Of a DNA stretch of 19,783 bases, positions 14,980-19,783 are shown piece after piece. The position numbers and the translations under genes are program-made. Source of the stretch: a virus (Duplodnaviria; Heunggongvirae; Uroviricota; Caudoviricetes); the IMG/VR virus record IMGVR_UViG_2778261691_000003, positions 1-19,783 of that record; one strand, given 5' to 3'. Within the stretch, counting starts at the first letter, position 1. Each line of letters starts with the position of its first letter. The notes beneath the pieces are model-generated. The model was given only the letters and a program-made list of their open reading frames with translations, did not search any database and was not told the DNA's origin.

Positions 14980-15887
14980 GCAATATCGTTGAATTCGTTA
15001 AACAGCAGGAGCAGTTATTCTGCGGAGCATTGACTAAACAGACGGTGACATGGGCTAAGGAAAGCCAGTTTGCAATTCAGTATTTCCAGAAAAACGATTA
15101 CCTGGCTAAAACAGCACTGGCAAATCCAACCAGCGCACAGAACGCCATCATCAATGTTGCGGCGATCGGCATCACCTTAAACCCGGCCAGCAAACTGGCT
15201 TATCTGGTTCCGCGCGACGGCATGGTGTGCCTTGATATCAGTTATATGGGATTGCTCCATATTGCAATGGAGTCTGGTGTTATCTCATGGGGTCAGGCAA
15301 AACTTGTTCATGCTAACGATACCTATGAGTCAAACGGGCTTGATAAAGCACCAACCCATAAATACAACGCCTTCGGTGATCGTGGTGATATCGTTGGCGT
15401 TTACTGCACAGTTAAGACGCCAGCAGGTGATTATCTAACGGAAGAGATGAGTCTGGCTGAAATTGAGGCTGTAAGGAAAACAAGCAAGGCGGCCTTCAGC
15501 GATAAAGGACCATGGGTAAATCACTGGAATGAGATGGCGCGAAAGACGGTCGTAAAGCGTGCAAGCAAGTATTGGCCTAAGGCATCACGTCTTGATAGTG
15601 CTATTCACGTACTAAACGAAGAAGAAGGTGTGTGGACTGAACCAGTTATGCCGCACAAATCAGAGGAAGATATCCGCGAAGATGAACGGAAACGCCAGCA
15701 GGAAATAACGGATAAAGCACAACTTCTTTGTGATGAAATGGCTCAGGCAGAAAACATGGATGATTTGAAGCGATATTTTGCAGAAGCATATCGCCTGACA
15801 TCTGGAATGAAATTGCAGCAGAACGTACAAGCCATTTACGCAGAATGCAAAGCGAAACTGGAGGTTGCCAGTGAGCAAACTGTATGA
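14976..15887 (+). CDS. recT: RecT-family single-strand annealing recombinase
   Basis: 303 aa; GPWVNHWNEMARKTVVKRASKYWP matches the RecT motif recalled from Rac RecT (GPWVTHWEEMAKKTAIRRLFKYLP). Confidence 0.85.
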   Translation: MSNIVEFVKQQEQLFCGALTKQTVTWAKESQFAIQYFQKNDYLAKTALANPTSAQNAIINVAAIGITLNPASKLAYLVPRDGMVCLDISYMGLLHIAMESGVISWGQAKLVHANDTYESNGLDKAPTHKYNAFGDRGDIVGVYCTVKTPAGDYLTEEMSLAEIEAVRKTSKAAFSDKGPWVNHWNEMARKTVVKRASKYWPKASRLDSAIHVLNEEEGVWTEPVMPHKSEEDIREDERKRQQEITDKAQLLCDEMAQAENMDDLKRYFAEAYRLTSGMKLQQNVQAIYAECKAKLEVASEQTV

Positions 15888-16353
15888 AATTGCCAATGAA
15901 TACGCAAAGCTGATGGATTCAGATTTAGAACCAGAGATGATTGCTGACACAATAGAAGGCATGGAAGGAGAATTTACCGATAAAATAGAGCAACTTCTTG
16001 CCATTATTAAAAATGAATCTGGTTATGCTGAATGCCTCAAGGAAGAGGCAAAGTCACTAAATGAACGAGCCGCAGTAATTCAAAATAAGATTGACAACAT
16101 TATGGCGTATATAGCGTCATCGCTTGAAATGGTTGGCAAGAAAAAGATTCGAGCAGGTATTCACCAGGTAACAATCCGCAAACCGTCAGAAACTGTAGAA
16201 ATCATCGACTCAAGCGCCATTCCTCCTGAATACGTTGAGTTTGAAACGACAATTAAAGCCGACAAGTTGGCAATCAAACACCAACTAAAAGCAGGAATAA
16301 ATATCCCCGGCGCTCAACTCAAAGTTGGGAAACCTTCACTTCTTATCAAATAA
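15871..16353 (+). CDS. hypothetical protein, possibly Gp157-like (Sipho_Gp157 family)
   Basis: I call the GTG start at 15871 (GGAGG 6 nt upstream), not the ORF-track start at 15865; MSKLYEIANEYAKLMD...; overlaps the recT 3' end by 17 nt; family assignment is from memory. Confidence 0.4.
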   Translation: MSKLYEIANEYAKLMDSDLEPEMIADTIEGMEGEFTDKIEQLLAIIKNESGYAECLKEEAKSLNERAAVIQNKIDNIMAYIASSLEMVGKKKIRAGIHQVTIRKPSETVEIIDSSAIPPEYVEFETTIKADKLAIKHQLKAGINIPGAQLKVGKPSLLIK

Positions 16354-16364
16354 CGGTATCGCCT

Positions 16365-16679
16365 ATGAAAAAGACTCCATGGGAGAAATGGGAAGTCGAT
16401 TTCTTACGCGAAGTAGCGGCGACAATGCCAGTTGAAGTTATCGCTGAAAAACTGGAAAGGACTGAAAAAGCAGTAATGGCGAAAGCAACAAGGATTGGCG
16501 CTGACATTGTTAGCCGACTTCGTGGAAGACGATGGACAAGAGCCGAAGTATCACTTTTCGGTAAGTTCTCCGCAGAAGAAATAGCAATTGCAACCTGCCG
16601 CTCAATTTATTCAGTAAGAGCTATGCGATACAAGCTAAAAAAACTCGATGAAGAAAGAGCAGGCATACGAATAAATTAA
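16365..16679 (+). CDS. hypothetical protein with two tandem Myb/SANT-like repeats (possible DNA-binding)
   Basis: 104 aa; the W-x3-E-V-x2-L...IA..L.RT..AV..KA.R pattern occurs twice (residues ~6-45 and ~57-95). Confidence 0.45.
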   Translation: MKKTPWEKWEVDFLREVAATMPVEVIAEKLERTEKAVMAKATRIGADIVSRLRGRRWTRAEVSLFGKFSAEEIAIATCRSIYSVRAMRYKLKKLDEERAGIRIN

Positions 16680-16695
16680 CATGGAGTAATTAACA

Positions 16696-16977
16696 ATGAA
16701 GCTAAACATAGACCTAGGCAAATATGTTATTACCGGAACAAAACACGATCTGATTCTTAGCGAAAGAGGAATTCTCAAAGAAGGCGAGAATGCAGGGAAA
16801 GAAACACTAAGCCGTATCGGTTATTACAGCAAGTTTGAGCATCTGGTTAAAGAATTATGCAACCGTGAAATCCTGTTATCTCAGGCGCAGACACTACAGG
16901 ATATTCAGCAACATATCGAGACTTTAGGTGTGTCACTTAGCATGGCTATTGACCAGTTAGTGGAGAGTAAATCATGA
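16696..16977 (+). CDS. hypothetical protein (93 aa)
   Basis: ORF with ATG start; its stop overlaps the start of the next small ORF. Confidence 0.45.
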   Translation: MKLNIDLGKYVITGTKHDLILSERGILKEGENAGKETLSRIGYYSKFEHLVKELCNREILLSQAQTLQDIQQHIETLGVSLSMAIDQLVESKS

Positions 16978-17138
16978 GAGGACTTGCATACAATCCCGGC
17001 ATTCTTCCGGCAGAAATGATTATTCGCCAACGCGTAAAGCCAATGCCATCGAGAGAGGAATTGCTTAAGAGAAATAGTTTCGGTTCTGTTAATGACAACA
17101 AATATCTGAATGCGATGTTGCGGAGTGGGAAGAAATGA
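16974..17138 (+). CDS. small ORF (54 aa), translationally coupled on both sides
   Basis: ATGA overlaps at both ends (16974-16977 and 17135-17138); my translation [54 protein letters not shown]. Below the ORF-track cutoff. Confidence 0.35.
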   Translation: MRGLAYNPGILPAEMIIRQRVKPMPSREELLKRNSFGSVNDNKYLNAMLRSGKK

Positions 17139-17605
17139 AACAAATGTCACTAATTGAGATGGATGGATTCCTGAAAGGTAAATGCATCCCCCGAGATTTA
17201 AAGGTTAACGAAACAAACGCTGAATATCTGGTGCGTAAGTTCGGTGAACTTGAATCAAAACTGGAAACGGCGTTGCGGGAGTGTCGTTCTGCTGGAATCA
17301 CGATTGATAACCTTGAGGCCAAGTGCGCGGCGCTGGCGGCAGAGAATGCGGGGCTGAATAAATTTATCGCACAGAGTTGCTACGTGTTTGATGGCGAGCA
17401 GGATGAAATATCTGATGCGTATATCTGCGCAACGGACGGAGGAATGCCACAAACCCCAGCCACCGATGCTTTCCTGGCTGAAGTGAGGGCACAGGGTGTG
17501 GAGATGTTCTCAGAAAAATTCGGAGGTGGCACTCCGCTATCCAATATGGTCAAAGAGGTTGCGGCTGATTTTGCGGCGAAGCTTCGCAAAGGAGGCAACC
17601 AGTGA
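17135..17605 (+). CDS. hypothetical protein (156 aa)
   Basis: ORF with ATG start; its end overlaps the next gene start. Confidence 0.5.
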   Translation: MKQMSLIEMDGFLKGKCIPRDLKVNETNAEYLVRKFGELESKLETALRECRSAGITIDNLEAKCAALAAENAGLNKFIAQSCYVFDGEQDEISDAYICATDGGMPQTPATDAFLAEVRAQGVEMFSEKFGGGTPLSNMVKEVAADFAAKLRKGGNQ

Positions 17606-18264
17606 GCAAGATTAACTATCAGGCACTACGTGATGCGGCAGAAAAGGCAACACAGGGTGAATGGGTCGCATTTATTTCGCCGGGCAAATACGGCACGTAC
17701 GCCGTACACACACCAGGTGATAATCATCACGGAGATATTGTCGACTGGCCAGGATTCGACGAACAGAAAAACGCAGAGAACAACGCTCGTTATATCGCAG
17801 CTTTCAACCCTGAAGTAGTGCAGGCGCTGCTGGATGAACGGGAAAGAAACCAGCAATACATCAAATCACGCGACCAGGAGAACGAGGAAATTGCGCTAAC
17901 GGTAGGGAAGCTGCGTGTTGAGCTGGAAGCCGCAGAGAAGCGCAACGCAAAATTACAAAGCGAGAATGCATACATCCGCAACCGGTTCAAAGAACTGGAC
18001 CTGTTAATCGGGAAAAACATTCTGGTCATGCAGGCTGCCATTATAGAATGGCAGGCAACTGGCGACGCTAAGAGCGGACTGGCATGGATTTATAACACAC
18101 TGTTTGGCCCAGGCGAATTGCCGGACGAATCTGAGAAAGATGCTCAGGCCTACTTTAATCGCAAATATGCACCGATTGACGAAAAGCTTATGGAGCTTCA
18201 CGAGTGGTTTTGGGAACAAAGTAAAGCCGAGCGCGCCGCTGGCATTCGCATCAAAGGAGAGTGA
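17602..18264 (+). CDS. hypothetical protein, possibly ead/Ea22-like (central coiled-coil)
   Basis: 220 aa; N-terminus [21 protein letters not shown] resembles the ead/Ea22-like N-terminal motif from memory; position matches the lambda ea22 region. Confidence 0.45.
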   Translation: MSKINYQALRDAAEKATQGEWVAFISPGKYGTYAVHTPGDNHHGDIVDWPGFDEQKNAENNARYIAAFNPEVVQALLDERERNQQYIKSRDQENEEIALTVGKLRVELEAAEKRNAKLQSENAYIRNRFKELDLLIGKNILVMQAAIIEWQATGDAKSGLAWIYNTLFGPGELPDESEKDAQAYFNRKYAPIDEKLMELHEWFWEQSKAERAAGIRIKGE

Positions 18265-18265
18265 T

Positions 18266-18775
18266 ATGAGCACTATCACTAAAGAACGTATCGAATTGTT
18301 CATTAAAAATCCGCTTGAAAACGGACTTACCCGTGGCGAACAAATGGAACTGGCACGGATTGCACTGGCATCGCTGGAAGCCGAACCTGTAAGCCAAACT
18401 TACAAGTTTCCAGTTAATACACCTTGCCAGGATGCGCCAGCCCATATCTGGCTGCAAACGGCTGGAGTATGGCCAGAAGATGGCGAGTTAAGCGAATTAA
18501 CGTGGTGCAGCCACAATCAGCACCATGATGACACGCTATTTGTTCGAGCTGACCTTGTGAATGGCAACTATCCGGTAACTCCGGATGGTTGGATAAGCTG
18601 TAGTGAGCGAATGCCCGCTCAAGATGATTGGATTTTAATTTATTCAAAGCACGGCGAGTATATGGCAGGACAGGTACAAGGGGAATACGTGGAGTTGAGC
18701 GACGGCACTTTATCGTGGTTAGGGAACGCCTTGTACTGGATGCCGCTACCAGAACCGCCGCAGGAGGTGAAGTGA
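18266..18775 (+). CDS. DUF551-domain phage protein
   Basis: Start placed at ATG 18266 (AAGGAG upstream) rather than the ORF-track start 18104; C-terminal DGWISCSERMPAQDDWILIY...YWMPLPEPP is typical of DUF551 as recalled. Confidence 0.6.
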   Translation: MSTITKERIELFIKNPLENGLTRGEQMELARIALASLEAEPVSQTYKFPVNTPCQDAPAHIWLQTAGVWPEDGELSELTWCSHNQHHDDTLFVRADLVNGNYPVTPDGWISCSERMPAQDDWILIYSKHGEYMAGQVQGEYVELSDGTLSWLGNALYWMPLPEPPQEVK

Positions 18776-19053
18776 TGGACTCCTTCGCGAAATATACGAT
18801 TATTGACTGGATAGCCTTCCTTCAGGTTTTGCTCATCTGGTTTTATATGGCTTACAGGAGTGGACAGTGGATTGTCAGTGTAGCCTGTAGCAAGGGATGG
18901 CGTTGGTGGAACCGAAAGAATAAAAAAGCGCTGGCCTTGGATTCGTTTTACGAAGCATTCAATCTTAACAGTCTTCAGCCTGGTTCTGTCATTGTAGTCA
19001 CCACTCAAAGCGGCATGACCATTCAGATTCATAAACCAAAAGAGGAAAAATGA
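18775..19053 (+). CDS. small membrane protein (92 aa)
   Basis: Start placed at ATG 18775 (GGAGG upstream, TGATG overlap with the previous stop); one hydrophobic helix IIDWIAFLQVLLIWFYMAY. Confidence 0.45.
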   Translation: MDSFAKYTIIDWIAFLQVLLIWFYMAYRSGQWIVSVACSKGWRWWNRKNKKALALDSFYEAFNLNSLQPGSVIVVTTQSGMTIQIHKPKEEK

Positions 19054-19139
19054 TGTGGCCTATATGTGTTAATTGCGGACGGATGTGCCTATCTGGATGG
19101 TGCCGAAAGTGCGACAAATGCACGAAGAAAAGACAATAA
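19050..19139 (+). CDS. Cys-rich micro-ORF (29 aa)
   Basis: GAGGAAAA upstream; ATG overlaps the previous stop; my translation MMWPICVNCGRMCLSGWCRKCDKCTKKRQ has 6 Cys in 29 residues. Confidence 0.3.
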   Translation: MMWPICVNCGRMCLSGWCRKCDKCTKKRQ

Positions 19140-19210
19140 CAATCCTCGCACTCGCGGGGATTTCTTTTATCTGAACTCGCTACGGCGGGTTTTGTTTTAT
19201 GGAGATGATT

Positions 19211-19510
19211 ATGGTCTGTTCAACATTCAACCCTCTAACGTTACAGAAATACCAGCCAGACCCTGAAGATTTATGCTCACTGTGTGGCGGAAATCATGGT
19301 AAAGCCGCCATGATTGAATGTAAGGACAAAATCCACATTTGCCTTAATTGCGTTGATGTCCTAGTTGATATCAAAAATGAGAGAGAAGATAAAAAGCGTA
19401 GCGAGACTGTTCGCGCCTTAGATTCATGGATGCGAGATGGGTATAGTGCTGCGCAAATTTATGACTTAGCAATATCAAAAGGCGAAATACCAGGAGTGCG
19501 CATCGAATAA
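19211..19510 (+). CDS. hypothetical zinc-finger-like protein (99 aa)
   Basis: GGAG 6 nt upstream of ATG 19211; CSLCGG...CLNC motifs. Confidence 0.45.
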   Translation: MVCSTFNPLTLQKYQPDPEDLCSLCGGNHGKAAMIECKDKIHICLNCVDVLVDIKNEREDKKRSETVRALDSWMRDGYSAAQIYDLAISKGEIPGVRIE

Positions 19511-19550
19511 GACGTAACCAATATTCGAATTGAAGAACTGAAAGAACACC

Positions 19551-19576
19551 AAGCCGCCTGATGGCGGTTTCTTTTT
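19551..19576 (+). terminator. rho-independent terminator
   Basis: Stem AAGCCGCC / GGCGGTTT (8 bp with one G-U, loop TGAT) followed by CUUUUU. Confidence 0.65.
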
Positions 19577-19591
19577 GCCTGGAGAATTAAG

Positions 19592-19783
19592 ATGACCGAT
19601 ACCAGCCTGATTCCTGAGAAAGAAGTGATGAACAAGCTCGGTGTTTCATCACGTCAGACAATCTGGAACTATACCAAACGGCACGGATTTCCGAAGCCAG
19701 TCAGAACCCACCCCAAATCATACCTTCGTGAAGCTGTTGAGGGGTGGATTCTTAACGGTGGCGTTAATCAGAAATGCTCCTGA
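19592..19783 (+). CDS. xis: excisionase / AlpA-family HTH protein
   Basis: 63 aa; EKEVMNKLGVSSRQTIWNYTKRHGFPKPV is an AlpA/Xis-type HTH; sits at the int-proximal end of the early-left operon; stop codon is the last triplet of the window. Confidence 0.65.
   Translation: MTDTSLIPEKEVMNKLGVSSRQTIWNYTKRHGFPKPVRTHPKSYLREAVEGWILNGGVNQKCS

Noticed and set aside
15232-16004. ORFs 15232..15438 (+) and 15660..16004 (-)
   Set aside because: Inside or antisense to recT and the Gp157-like gene.
18104-18265. Upstream extension of the DUF551 ORF from 18104
   Set aside because: It overlaps the preceding gene in another frame; the ATG at 18266 has a strong AAGGAG RBS and follows that gene's stop.
16905-18647. 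Multiple minus-strand ORFs antisense to the early-left operon, plus 17630..17818 (+)
   Set aside because: All are antisense or alternative-frame to a continuous, translationally coupled plus-strand gene chain; no RBS.
18628-19266. ORF-track start 18628 for the small membrane protein, and ORFs 18640..19032 (-) and 19066..19266 (+)
   Set aside because: The 18628 start lies inside the DUF551 gene; ATG 18775 with GGAGG is preferred. The other two are antisense or overlapping frames without RBS.

Overview
This window reads as most of the early and regulatory half of an integrated lambdoid (lambda-like) prophage of an enterobacterium, in inverted orientation relative to the conventional lambda map. 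All calls rest on reading the supplied ORF translations and the DNA by eye and on recalled family knowledge; no searches or folding programs were run. Minus strand, in order: terminase large-subunit N-terminus (partial), small terminase subunit, a Gp49-like and a Rha-family moron pair, lysis cassette (Rz/Rz1, R, S), two tRNA genes, a Q-type antiterminator, nin genes (ninI, ninH, ninG, ninF, ninD, ninB), a DnaB-type helicase, an O-like initiator with internal origin iterons, cII and cro. Plus strand: cI, a non-rex cassette in the rexAB position, OL/pL, a P22/21-type N, a two-TM SieB-like candidate, cIII-like and Kil-like small genes, RecT, a run of small early-left genes, and an AlpA-type excisionase at the window end. 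The phage is strongly mosaic: S, R, the nin genes, cro, cI and the OL/OR operators match lambda as I recall it, whereas Q, the nut sites, N, the helicase and the morons do not. The most interesting locus is the rexAB slot between cI and OL (11574-12489). It holds a membrane-protein gene split by a frameshift at an A7 tract, which I propose, as inference only, is a candidate exclusion or defence determinant.
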